From contig NC_059440.1 of assembly GCF_021028975.2 (NCBI RefSeq), forward strand, positions 20,460,001 through 20,511,915: a stretch of DNA of 51,915 nt, written 5' to 3'. Source of the DNA: Sphaerodactylus townsendi. Lineage: Eukaryota. The notes under the pieces are model-generated. The model had not been told where the DNA came from. It did no database searches and saw nothing but the letters and a program-made list of their open reading frames with translations. The position numbers were made by a program, and so were the translations under genes. Positions 24,406 through 35,805 of this stretch are shown here, one piece after another (position 1 is the stretch's first letter; each line of letters starts with the position of its first letter).

Positions 24406-27400
24406 ATGGAGCCGTCGGAGGCGGCGCACGGCGCGGCGCTGCTGCGGGGCCTGGCGGCCTTGCGGGCCGAGCGGTGCCTGCTGGACGTGACGCTGGTGGC
24501 GGGCGGCGGGCGGGAGTTCGGGGCGCACCGGGCCGTGCTGGCGGCGGCGTCGGGCTACTTCCGCGCCATGTTCGGCGGGGCGCTGCGGGAGGCGCGGGCC
24601 GAGCGGGTGCGGCTGCACGGCGTGGAGCCCGAGTGCCTGGCGCTGCTGCTCGACTTCGCCTACACGGGCCGCGTGGCGCCGCCGCGCCTGGGCCCGGAGC
24701 TGGCCGAGCGCCTCCTGCGCGCCGCCGACCTGCTCCAGTTCCCCGCCGTCAAGGAGGCGTGCGGCGCCTGGCTGGCGGCGCGCCTCGAACCCGCCACGGC
24801 GCTGGACATGCAGGACTTCGCCGAGACCTTCGCCTGCGCGCCGCTGGCCGCCGCCGCGCACCGCTGCGTCCTGCGCCACGCCGCCGCCGGGTCCGACGGG
24901 CTGGGCGCGCAGCTGGAGCGGCTCCCCCTGGCGCGCCTGGTCTCCTACCTGCGCGACGACGCGCTGCGCGTGCCCAAGGAGGAGGCCGCCTTCGCCCTGG
25001 CCCTGCGCTGGGTGCGCGCCGAGCCGGCCGCGCGCGCCGCCCTCCTCCCCCAGCTGCTGGCCCACGTGCGCCTGCCCTTCGTGCGCCGCTTCGCCCTCCT
25101 GGCCCACGTCGAGGGCGAGCCCCTGGTGGCCCGCTCGGCCGCCTGCCTGCGCCTGGTCGCCGAGGCGCGCCTCTTCCAGGCCGGACGCCTCGACCGGCAC
25201 GACATCGGGCCCTGCGCGCGCCTCCGCCCGCGCCCCTCCACCGGCCTGGCCGAGATCCTGGTGGTGGTGGGCGGCTGCGACCGCGACTGCGACGAGCTGG
25301 CCACCGTCGACTGCTTCAACCCGCGCACGGGGCACTGGCGCTACCTGGCCGAGTTCCCCGACCACCTGGGCGGAGGGTACAGCGTGGCGGCCCTGGGCAA
25401 CGACATCTACGTCTCCGGTGAGCGGGCAGAGGAAGGGAGCGTCGGGTCCCGGATGGATCCCACCGCTGGGTTGGCAAAGGCGGCTGGAATCGACTGGCTG
25501 TTGTGGACTTTCTGGCTGTGGTCTGGTGGGTTTTGCCCCAAAGGTTTTGCCCGCCACTGCGGCCACCTTCCGTAACGTACCTCTGAAGATGCTGGCCGCA
25601 GTGGCAGATGAAACCTTTGGAGCAAAAACAAACAGACCAACGCCAGACACTCAACTCCCACCACTGGGTTTGTCTAGCGCTTGCCCCCCTTACAGGGCTG
25701 GCGAATTGCTTGGAGAGTAGAGGGTGGGGAGAGAGGTGCTGCATTCACAAAGCATGGTGTCACTCTCTGCCTGTCTCAAAATGGACCAGGCCCACCAAGA
25801 GTTGGTGTCATGGCTTTCCTAGTAGCAGGCATTGATTCTGGACAGGAGTGTTAGATAGGGGTGGCTGTCCTGGTGGAACAATCTAATCTGTATCATCTTC
25901 ACTGAGGAAACCCCCCCCCCTTTTCAGCAGGCCTTTCTTAAGTATAGGGTAGCTGTTTAGGATTACAGATTAATGCTGGGGTCCCCCCCCCAGCAAGGCC
26001 TGCAACTCATCCTATTTGCCAACCCCGTCCCTGATAGAGAAACTGAGCAAGCAACATTTGGTGTTTGCATTGGCACATGCTTGACCATGCTCAGGTGCCT
26101 GAGCAGAGACTGAACAGATTTCCAAATCAAGCCATGCATATATTTCCTTTTGTGCTGCCTTCGTGCAAAGTTGTGCCCTTGTCTTTGCAATAATGTTGTA
26201 ATTGTAGCGTCATAGAAAAGTCACTACTGTGGGATTGGGGCAGACGCATAGGCACAATCTTTGGTGCCTGAGTCTGATCTGAGGAAAGTCTGTTGCATGA
26301 CAGACAGCCTTCTCTTTGTGGTTGGTAGGTTGTATTGCTTTGTGACTCTCTGTGGTTCCTTACCTGTGGAACATTGTACTCTTGCCTCTAGGAGGATCCG
26401 ATGGCTCTAGACTCTACGACTGCGTCTGGCGATACAACTCTAGCGTAAACGAGTGGACGGAGGTCTCCCCAATGTTAAAAGCCCGTGAGTACCACAGCTC
26501 AGTGGTCTTGGATGGACTCCTCTACATTGTGGCTTCGGACAGCACGGAACGCTACGACCACTCGCTGGACGCCTGGGAGACCATGCAGCCCATGCTCTAC
26601 CCCATGGACAACTGCTCCACAACAGCTTGCCGTGGCAAGCTCTACGCCACAGGCTCTTTGGCCGGCAAGGAGTCCATGGTTATGCAGTGCTACGACCCGG
26701 AGACGGACCTGTGGTCTCTCGTCAACTGTGGGCAAGTCCCCCCGTGGTCCTTCGCCCCCAAGACCGTCACTCTCAGCGGGCTGATGTATTTTGTAAGGTG
26801 GGTTCTTCCGGGGCTTCTCATGAATGGGTGGTGTGCAATCCAGGCTTGTTTGTGACTTTGGAGAAAGAATCTATTGTCCCTTTTAGGCCCTGAGCTTATT
26901 AACACGGGACCGGTAGGGGTAAAGCTCTTTGTGTGGATTAGAAGTTAGGATTTGGATCTTGCAGTAAGTGCAGCGTAAACACGTGATTTTCCTGCCTTGC
27001 CCTCATGGGGAGCTGAAGTGTAAGCAGGGTATCCAGAAAAGAAAACCAGCCTTCCCCTCTTCTGTAAACAGGAATGGAGGTTGGGGTCCGAGTGTGAGTT
27101 GCTGGAGGGATTTGCATGGGTGGCGTAATTGGCATCGTCTAGGAAAATATGTCCTTTTTTTAGAAAGGGTTATGATGCAGAAGGATAGCAGCTGAGAAGC
27201 AGAGATCGACACCCTTTGAGAAACAGAGGCGTGTTTGGCCGCGGTACGTTTCTCAGAACTGCGATGAAGCAACCGATTTCCTCTTCTAAAAATAGCATTT
27301 GCCTCAAGGGACACCTAGGGAGGGGAGGAACTCCGTCAAAACAAGGCGCCGTCCTTGGAGACTGTTTGCTGTCGGCACATATTTTCTCGAAAAGTCAGGA

Positions 27401-30400
27401 TCGTGTTGTCTTGGTTTGCAAATCCCCCCCTGGCTTAGGACAGGGCGGAAAGCAACTCCTCCTTGTAAAGAATGAGCCAGAAACAGTATGGCTATTACAA
27501 GAAAAATAACTCTGCCTGGCTCAAAAAAAAACAAACCAGCATGAAAAATATAACCTTGAATAGAAATGATTAAAAATACGATCCCAAAAAAACCAAATAT
27601 CAGCACTAAAAATAATACAATACATGAATCTCAGACAGAAAAGGGATCCCAGAATATACATGAAAAATAATGGGTCTCTGTATAAATAATATCCCTTCAG
27701 TGAAAATCCTTACAAATCAGTAATAAGCAGCAAGCAGACCTTCGATAATTAAGTCAACTGAGGTGAAATGAATGCTTGTCGTTCAACAAAAACGTTGGAT
27801 TGTGCAAATAAGTATGCTGCTTGTTACTCTGATGATGGAAAGGAACCCCTTCCTGTCCGCCCTGGAAGCAAGCAGGCTTTGAAGCGGCCTTAAACTGAAT
27901 CCAAACTCTTTTTCTTCTTCTAAATACACACACTCCTCAGGCAGGGAAGACATTCAGTTTCCATGTAGCTGACTGTCAACTTCAAACAGTTTTGTAGTCC
28001 AGGCTCCTGGCTATATCTGCAGACCACCCTGGTCTGCAGCGTCCCCGCCTGCCATCCAAAAACCCCTGTTGACCCGCTACTTTCTTAGAGCCCAAGCCAA
28101 TCACAGGTGTTTTGACTTAAGGACTAATTCTTGGATGCATGACTTGGCACCCCGGAGACCTTCCTAACAATTAACTCATTTTACCGAGTTCCGTTCAGCT
28201 GACTCACCCTCTCATTCCCAACAATTATCTTTCAACCAAGAAGATTTTACTCAAGGAGACAAATCTTCTTGACACGGGGATAGAACCCGGGACCTTCCGC
28301 ATACCGGACAGATGCTGTGCCACTGGGCCATGACTGTGCCCCTCCCGAGGGCCTTCTTTGCGAGGCCAAGATGGCGAGTGCTAGGGACAGGCCCGGAGCT
28401 GCAGCTGGTTTGTTGCCTTTGCAAGGCCTCCAGCAAAAGGAGCCATCATGACCTCACACCCCTTCCGTCAACAAGGGACATGTGGGATTCTTGCTGTCTG
28501 AATGGAAGGCCTCGCCAGACTTGTCAGCCCTTCTGAGGGTGACAGGCCAGGCGTGTGACCAAGCAGGGACTGAAAATAGCCCTTCGGACTTTATGTTCCA
28601 GGTTGATTTTAAAGGTGGGGGGGGAGGGTTGAACATAATTTCTAGAGAGCCAGCATGGTGTAGTGGTTAAGAGCAGGTGCACTTTAATCTGGAGAACCAG
28701 GTTTGATTCCTCGCACTGCCGCCTGAGCTGTGGAGGCTTGTCTGGGGAATTCAGATTAGCCTGCACACTCCCACACAAGCCAGCTGGGTGACCTTGGGCT
28801 AGTCACAGCTTCTCGGAGCTCTCTCAGTCCCACCCACCTCACAGGGTGTTTGTTGTGAGGGGGGAAGGGCAAGGAGATTGTAAGCCCCTTTGAGTCTCCT
28901 GCAGGAGAGAAAGGCGGGATATAAATCCAAACTCTTCTTCTTCTTCTTCCTTACAGGATAGAAAGGCAGGGTGTAAATCCAACTCTTCTTCTAGTTGAGG
29001 TTTGAGCTCCTCCTCCGCAAAAGAAACTTTTTTTCTTGGTGGCTGGTATCAGGCCAATACCGTTTTCTCCAGGGATTCAGTAACTGTTGGAAGAATTCAA
29101 GTAGTGGTAAATGCTGGGCGCCTGGCTCATATATGAGCTTGTGAACGAGGCTGTACCTGCCAGGAAGCCTTTGGATGACTGTAGCAGGTACAGTCAACCA
29201 TGCAGAGACCACTCCATCCCTTACTCATTGCTGCTCGCTCACCTGCCCTGTAAGATATGTTCCTTTGTTGCTCTGAGTTCAAAAAGCGGCAGCCCAGAGT
29301 TTCTAGAGAGAGCCTGAACTGTCAGGAAAATTACAGGGACCTTCTACAGTTGATGGTGCTGGTGGTCGTCACAGTCACAGTCTTGCCGTTGTGGGGACTT
29401 GTGCAGAGGCCCCGTGAGAGCTTTCTTTCCATTGATAAGTTGTGATCAAAAGTGACATGTTACCCTGTGATGGAAACTTCAAGTGACCTAGTGAAATCAT
29501 CTGACTGTCATTCTCATGCTTCTTAAATTGTCACGTTGCAAGTCTAGACAGCCCCGTGAATAGACCAGTGAGCGTTCCCAATGAATGGGCGACTGCCTTA
29601 TTTTTTGACACTGATAATCATATGTAATGAATGATCATATTTATTAGTGCTTTCAAGCATTCACCTTGTTTCTCTGCTCTTTACAACAACCCTGGATGGG
29701 AGGCCAGTGTTGTTATTTTCAGGTTGGAAAAGGGGTTGTGGGCTGGAAAGGGTGAGGCGTTCCGGTTTCAACGCTCAAGTCTCCCAACTTCTAGACTTTG
29801 GCGGCACGGCCTTTGTTTGCTGCAAAGCCAGGGGTGTCGGATTTGGTCCTTATGCCAGAAATGGCGTAAATGTGTTGTTGTCAGTCTGGGCTGAGCCACG
29901 GCAGGCTCCCCAACCCAGATTGGCACTGGGAGGTGTGGCTTGCCTGGTCAGATTGGCAGCTGGGGGCGGGGCTGCCTGGGCTGGTGAGTCTGTAGCAGCC
30001 TTGCCAGCCCAGATCAACACTGGAGGAGGTGGATGCCTTCGCGGGGTGGTGGTGCCTGGGAGCAGGGTGTGCGTGTGCCTGCTGCAAACTGGCTTTCTAG
30101 GCCTGAACTCGAGCTGAGAGGTGCTTCAGCTGGCTCACAGGCCAGATAAGCCCTTTCCAGTGGCCAGATCTGGTTTGACATGCCTGCTGTAGAGATACTG
30201 TCCAGATTCCATAAGACGTAAGTATCTCCTTTACAATGTCAGTTTCCACCACTTTGCAAAGAGGGAATGGAACCCTCTGGGCGACACCTAATAGAGGGCA
30301 GGAAAATAACCCCCCATATGTGTTGATTCCTGCATGTGCTCCTTTCCTGGCACAAGAATTGTTTTGGGGAGAAAGACTCTCCTCTGTCACACAACACACA

Positions 30401-32541
30401 CTTTGCTTTCCCAGCGCAGTCCTAACAGTGCAGTTAAGAGGTGACATGATAGCCATGTTTAGATATTTGAAGGGATGTCATGTTGGTGAGGGCCAAGCTT
30501 GTTTTCTGCTGCTCCAGAGACTAGGATCAGGAGTAATGGGTTCAAGGTGAAGGAAAAGAGATTCCATCTAGATATCAGGAAAACATCCTGACTGTCAGGG
30601 CTGTTTAACAGTGGAATGCACTACCTCCGCGTGTGGTAGAGTCATCTCCTTTGGAGGTTTTTAAAGAGAGGCTGGATGGCCATCTGTCAGGAGTGCTTTG
30701 ATTGTGTGTTCCTGCATTGCAGGGAGTTGGACTTGATGGCCCTTGGGGTCTCTTCCGACTCTAAGATTCTGAACCAGTGGTTCTCAACCTGGAGGTCGGG
30801 AGCCCTTTGGGGGTCGAACGACTCTTTCACAGGGGTTGCCTAAGACTCTCTGCATCAGTGTTCTCCATCTGTAAAATGGATAAATGTTAGGGTTGGGGGT
30901 CACCACAACATGAGGAACTGTATTAAAGGGTCGCGGCATTAGGAAGGTTGGGAACCACTGTTCTAAGCAGAATTGTACCCTTATGTCCACTGACATCCAT
31001 GGACTTAAGGGTGTAACTCTGCATCAGCTTGTGCTGTCCGAGTCTTTAAATTGAGCATGTGTTGATCGACTTGCGCAGGATTTCCCCAGCAGGCCTGTAA
31101 TGGGAAGCATGGAATTCCTGCTGCTCCAATTCCTGTAGACATGTGGTTTATCTTCACTCTCCCCCCCCCACACACACACACAACCCACCCCCCCACCCCC
31201 CCCCACCCCGAAATCAGAAGTGGTTTAACTGCGGGCTCCGTCGCTTTGCCTCCCATCTGCAATTGTCAAACAGATTTCCAGCAGGACAGGTGCTGGATCC
31301 CTGCAGAGCAGGACTCGAGCAACTGTTTGAAATGCCTAACCGGGTCTGGAAAAGAGAAGTTCTGCCTGGAGCTGCCAGGGCAGCTGTCGCCGGAGATGTT
31401 CTCAAGCCAGCTTCTGAGATTTCATATGTAATTAATGATAATATTTGTTAGTGCTTTCAAGCATTCACCTGGTTTCTCTGCTTTTTACAACAGCCCTAGA
31501 TGGGAGGCCAGTGTTATTTTCACTTGTGACTGGAAAGGGTGAGACATTCCGGTTTCAACACTCAGTCTCCCAGCTTCTAGACTTTGGCAGCATGGCCTTT
31601 GTATGCTGTAAAGCCAAGGGTGGTGAACAAAGTTTTGCTTTGGGTCCCCATTGCGGGGAGCGGGGTATAAATATATAAAACTCCTGCACTTAATTTCTGA
31701 ATGTCACTAGGCTGGATTCTGTCCTAGTTGGGAGAGAAGCAGAGGTACTTGCGCTTGTGGGAATGTCTTTGGTCTTGTTTCGTTTGGCGGGAACCTCTTC
31801 AATCACTTCTATAGCCTCTTTTGTGTTTTGTTTCCATCCGCAGAGATGACTCTGCTGAAGTTGATGTGTACAACCCTGCGAAGAATGAATGGGACAAAAT
31901 ACCTTCAATGCTCCAGGTAGGTTGCTTTCTGATGGTCTCCTTTTTAAAAAAAAACGTGCTGTCAAGTCACAGCTGACTTACGCCAACCCAGGAGAGTTTT
32001 CAAAGCAAGAAACTTTACAGATGCGGTTTGCTGTTGTCTCCTTCTGCATAGCGACTGTGGTATTCCTTGGTGGCCTCTCATCCAAGTACTGTCCTGTTTA
32101 GCTTCTGAGATGTGATGGGTTCAGGCTAACTTGGACCATGCAGGTCAGGGTACACATCACACACACCCACGGGTGGGGAGAAGAAGTACTGATGCCTAAT
32201 AAAGGTCTGATTGATTATTGATAACATTGTCCCCCCTCCTTTATGTCCAGGTTCACGTCGGTGGCAGCTTGGCCGTACTGGGCGGGAAGCTCTACGTCTC
32301 CGGCGGCTACGACAGCACCTTTGAACTCTCCGGCATCGTGGAGGCCTACGATCCCGAAACGCGGGCCTGGAGCGTGGTGGGTCAGCTGCCGGAGCCGATC
32401 TTCTGGCACAGCAGCGTCAGCATTTTCCGCCAGTTCATGCCCGAGACCGAGGAGGACGAAGAGCCCCCCTTGGACAACGCCATCAGCCTGAGCCGGCAGC
32501 AGCAGAACCTTCGCAATCAGAACTTGAACGAGCTGCATTAG
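24406..32541 (+). CDS. KLHL21: Kelch-like protein 21 (BTB-BACK-Kelch CUL3 adaptor), complete, 593 aa. Exons 24406-25417, 26392-26797, 31844-31916, 32251-32541
   Basis: BTB ([17 protein letters not shown]), BACK, and kelch repeats ([22 protein letters not shown]; [21 protein letters not shown]), ending ...NELH*. GT-AG junctions; 1012+406+73+291=1782 nt. Confidence 0.97.
25506..25652. repeat. Inverted repeat (~65-bp arms), probably Penelope-like-element derived
   Basis: Arms TTTTGCCCCAAAGGTTTTGCCCGCCACTGCGGCCA / TGGCCGCAGTGGCAGATGAAACCTTTGGAGCAAAA. The right arm carries CTGAAGA...GAAAC. Confidence 0.65.
28647..28990 (+). mobile_element. tRNA-derived SINE (Squam3-like), full length, followed by a second 3'-tail fragment
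   Basis: Near-consensus copy with a (CTT)n tail, then a repeated CTTACAGG...TAAATCCAACTCTTCTT. Confidence 0.88.
29620..29832 (+). repeat. Direct repeat copy 1 (~200 bp) in KLHL21 intron 2
   Basis: Aligns by eye to 31424-31620. Confidence 0.85.
30431..30771 (+). mobile_element. CR1 LINE 3' fragment
   Basis: Encodes [14 protein letters not shown] (CR1 ORF2 C-terminus) and ends ...TTCCGACTCTAAGATTCT. Confidence 0.85.
30775..30960. mobile_element. SPIN/URR1-type non-autonomous hAT element (186 bp)
   Basis: TIR CAGTGGTTCTCAACCT (15/16), TSD TTCTGAAC/TTCTAAGC. Ends resemble the SPIN/URR1 consensus as I recall it (GGGGGTCACCACAACATGAGGAACTGTATTAAAGGGTCGC). Confidence 0.8.
31424..31620 (+). repeat. 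Direct repeat copy 2 (~200 bp) in KLHL21 intron 2
   Basis: Shares TTAGTGCTTTCAAGCATTCACC...CTGGAAAGGGTGAG...CTTCTAGACTTTGGC with copy 1. Confidence 0.85.
31955..32150 (-). mobile_element. 5S rRNA-headed SINE (5S-Sauria-like)
   Basis: GGTATTCCTTGGTGGCCTCTCATCCAAGTACT...TTAGCTTCTGAGAT is reverse 5S; same layout as the 15520 copy. Confidence 0.7.
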
Positions 32542-32810
32542 CAGCCGGCTTGCCTCTGGTGGCTCGGAGTAGACCTGCAGCGCAGAACCTGCGTCCCTTC
32601 CAGGGCAGGGGCAAGCTGGGCTTTGGAGACTGTGATGTGTGCGCTTGAAGGGGTGACAGGAAGTGCAGGGCGGAGGAGGAGGAGGAGTGTTGGAGTGTTT
32701 TTCTTAGGGACTGGCCTTCTTTTTGGCTGGGTAGGGGACAGTGTAACAGGTGCATTCCTGAAACTGAATCCTTTAGAGGAGGGGGAGCGGTTGGAACCAT
32801 ACCTGGCTGG

Positions 32811-33106
32811 AAGGAGAAAAGTTTGGATTTAAATCCTCCCTTTCTCTCCTGTAAGGAAACTCAAAGGGGCTTACAAGCTCCTTTTCCCTCCCCCCCTCAC
32901 AACAAACACCCTGTGAGGTGGGTGGGGGAGAGAGCTCCGAAGAGCTGTGACTAGCCCAAGGTCACCCAGCTGGCATGTGTTGGAGTACACAAGCTATTCT
33001 AGTTTCCCAGATAAGCCTCCACAGCTCAGGTGGCAGAGTGGGGAATCAAACCCGGTTCCTCCAGATTAGAGTGCACCTGCTCTTAACCACTACACCACGC
33101 TGGCTC
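32811..33106 (-). mobile_element. tRNA-derived SINE (Squam3-like), full length, antisense within the KLHL21 3'UTR
   Basis: Reverse complement of the full consensus. Confidence 0.88.
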
Positions 33107-34223
33107 TGAGGCTGATAATTTAAGGAGTACCCTTTCCTAATGGGTCTGATAGCTACCCTCCCCTGCCAGAAGCATCTCCCACCAAATCCTCCACTCTTTA
33201 AGAGAAGAACCGCCTCCCCCAGCCTCAAAAGAAGAATCCGGGTAGCAGCCATTCCAGAAGGTGCTGGAGTCTCTGCCCCGTCAGTGCCAGCCCTTCTATC
33301 TAGCAACTGGTGGTGGTGGGCCCTTTCCTCTGCTGTTAACAAAGGATTTCCAAACCAGGTTTCCGTTTTTGGGGAGAGAACCCACAAGCAGGTGCCAATA
33401 AAGGGGTATAATTGTGCTGCTTTGGGAGGTGCTGCGTCATACCTGTTTTGTCTATTAGCTGCTTATGTGGGGGGTTGTATTTGATAGGATAACCAGAGTT
33501 TCTTCTGAATACGGGCAAATGGAAAATGACAGTGTTCCAATGAATGGTCGTGTTGCGCAAACAGCGTAGCTGCTACAGGGGGTGACCATGTATGAGAATC
33601 CCACACTCCTCTGATGAACTGGCAGCACATCTTTTCAGTGCTGGTGCCTTCTAGGTTTGGAGTAGAGAGAAGTATATTTTTTGAGTCCCTAAACCTGTTC
33701 TTAGACAATGTTCCTGCATCTCAGTCTCTAAAGTTCTAGTTCTCAAGTAGCGAGTTGAGCAGTTTCATTTTTCTGATTTAATCGGAACAAGCGCGTTTGA
33801 ACCAGAGAAGCTTCCCGTCAGTCGCTCAGTGTGTCTCAGATGATGTTCCTAGCAGGACTTTTCAATTGCTGAGTGACAGATTCCCATTTGGAAAAGAACC
33901 AGAGAAGGGTGGTCAGCATCGGTGACCGAGGGTGTCTCTTTCCCTTTCTTCTAGTTGCTGCTGCGGAGGTCCCTAAGGAGGGACTAGTTGTTGTTGTTTT
34001 TTGACTCACTGTTTTGTTCAGGGCAATTTCTCTTAGTTTTCTAAAGCCAAATGATGAGGTGGAGCGCGGAGGGAGGGGAGAATCTCCATTTGGGGGCCAC
34101 TCTTTAACGAAGTCGAGGTTTTCACCAATGGTGCCTTAATGGAACGCAGCTTGAAACAAGCCTTAGACCTGGTTCATGCACGCAGGAGGAATTGAGTTGG
34201 ACAGACGCACTGCGCCAGCTTCA

Positions 34224-34364
34224 GGCCCCTTCCGCACATGCAGAAGAATGCACGTTCAATCCACTTTCGATGCACTTTGCAGCTGTGCAGAATTGCAAAA
34301 CGCACTTGCAAACAGTTGTGGGAGTGGATTGAAAGTGCATTATTCTGCATGTGTGGAAGGGGCC
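34224..34364. mobile_element. 141-bp palindromic MITE (Harbinger-like) in the KLHL21 3'UTR
   Basis: Long TIR GGCCCCTTCCGCACATGCAGAA / TTCTGCATGTGTGGAAGGGGCC; sister copy at 48032-48172. Confidence 0.8.
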
Positions 34365-35377
34365 TCGGACTGGAGGATCCCATTCGGAATGCCCTCCTCC
34401 TTACGCCCAGTCCCACAAACAGAAAACCAACACTTCAATCAAAGAGAGAAGCCAGACTCCCCCCCCCCCCGCTAATGCTTTTTTTCTGCACAAAGGAACA
34501 TTCCAAGTGTCTAGAATCCTCCACTTTCTCTCTGAAGCTGTTCGGTACCATTATATCTCCTCAGGTCTCTGCCATCTCCTCATCCTCCTGGATGCATGAA
34601 GCAGGTTACAGCTGGGCCCCAGAGCCGCCCCGGTGCCGCCGGAGATGGCGGACCAACGTTGCAATCCATGCTTTGTTCCTGGTACTTCCTGAAGAAGGCA
34701 TTGCCACGTGGCTGGCGTCGCAGAGAGAAGCCGTGGCTGTTTCTGACCTAGAAACTGGCTGCCCGTCTGCAGAAAAGGTTACGCTGCTAGCGAAACTGAA
34801 GTGGAAGGGGATGGTCTGTCTCTTTGTAGGAAGGCGAGCCCCTGCAAGAATTGCTGCCAGAGCATGAGGCTGTATGTCAACAGGCGCATGTGTGCATGCA
34901 TGTTGCAAGGTGTGTTCTGCTCAGCCTTTATTCGCCTGAAAAACTTGTAAAAGTAGCCTCTCTTCCTGTCCTTTTTGATTCATATTTTTGTGCCTAAGGA
35001 GCCGAATATCTCTGCATCCCCTCCTTTTCTTTGAGGGCTTGCTGGGATGGAGGATTTTTCAACTCTACGTCAGCTGTTTACAAAACCTTGAGCTGCCGCT
35101 GCTGCCTGTGTCTTGCATCACTTAATCTGTAAAATTAAGTCTTGTGTGCTGGCCTATTTAAAGTCTGTTACTCCACCCTCCCCCGGAATGCTCACTGCTA
35201 GATCTGTAGCAGCTTGGAAGCTCTAGAACCAGAAGAATTCTTTGTATTTATTTAACTTTTGTAGGTATTGTTTTCGGCCTTAAGTATTGTATGGTAATAT
35301 ACCCGGGGTGGGGGGAATCGAAGAAAAGTATTATATTTTGTAATTTTGTTCCTTCTAAACTTGAAAATCTAAGGTTG

Positions 35378-35383
35378 AATAAA
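35378..35383 (+). terminator. Likely KLHL21 polyadenylation signal (3'UTR about 2.85 kb)
   Basis: AATAAA preceded by an AU-rich block (TGTATTTATTTAA about 35243) and followed by GT/T-rich sequence. Confidence 0.65.
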
Positions 35384-35633
35384 GTGTGTGTTCTGTGTAA
35401 AGTTTTTGTTTTATCCCAGAGATTTCTGCTTCAGAAAGCCACCTCTGTTTGAGAACTGACCTCTATATTCTGTGATTCACGGGAATTCTGCATCTTGGGA
35501 AACTTTCAACAGTTGCAAGCAACACCCCAACTTCCTTCCAGTCCCAAACAAACTGGTTGCAGAACTCACAGGCTCCTCCTCTTCATTCTGCATTCCTAGA
35601 GTCAAACTTCGTTGTTGGCACTTTGCACTCCGT

Positions 35634-35805
35634 CATAGAATCATAGAGTTGGAAGAGACCTTAAGGGCTAGCGAGTCCAACCCCCTGCAATGCAGGAACA
35701 CATAATCAAAGCACTCCTGCCAGACAGCCATCCAGCCTCTCTTTAAAAACCTCCAAAGAGGAATACTCCACCACACTCTGAGGTAGTGCATTCCACTGTG
35801 GCACA
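35634..35805 (-). mobile_element. CR1 LINE 3' fragment
   Basis: Begins CATAGAATCATAGAGTTGGAAGAG, the reverse of the CR1 (ATTCTRTG)n tail. Confidence 0.85.

Noticed and set aside
24219-25650. 400-aa and 433-aa alternative-frame and antisense ORFs over KLHL21 exon 1
   Set aside because: Shadow ORFs caused by extreme GC content and GC3 bias; low-complexity Arg/Ala/Gly/Pro translations.
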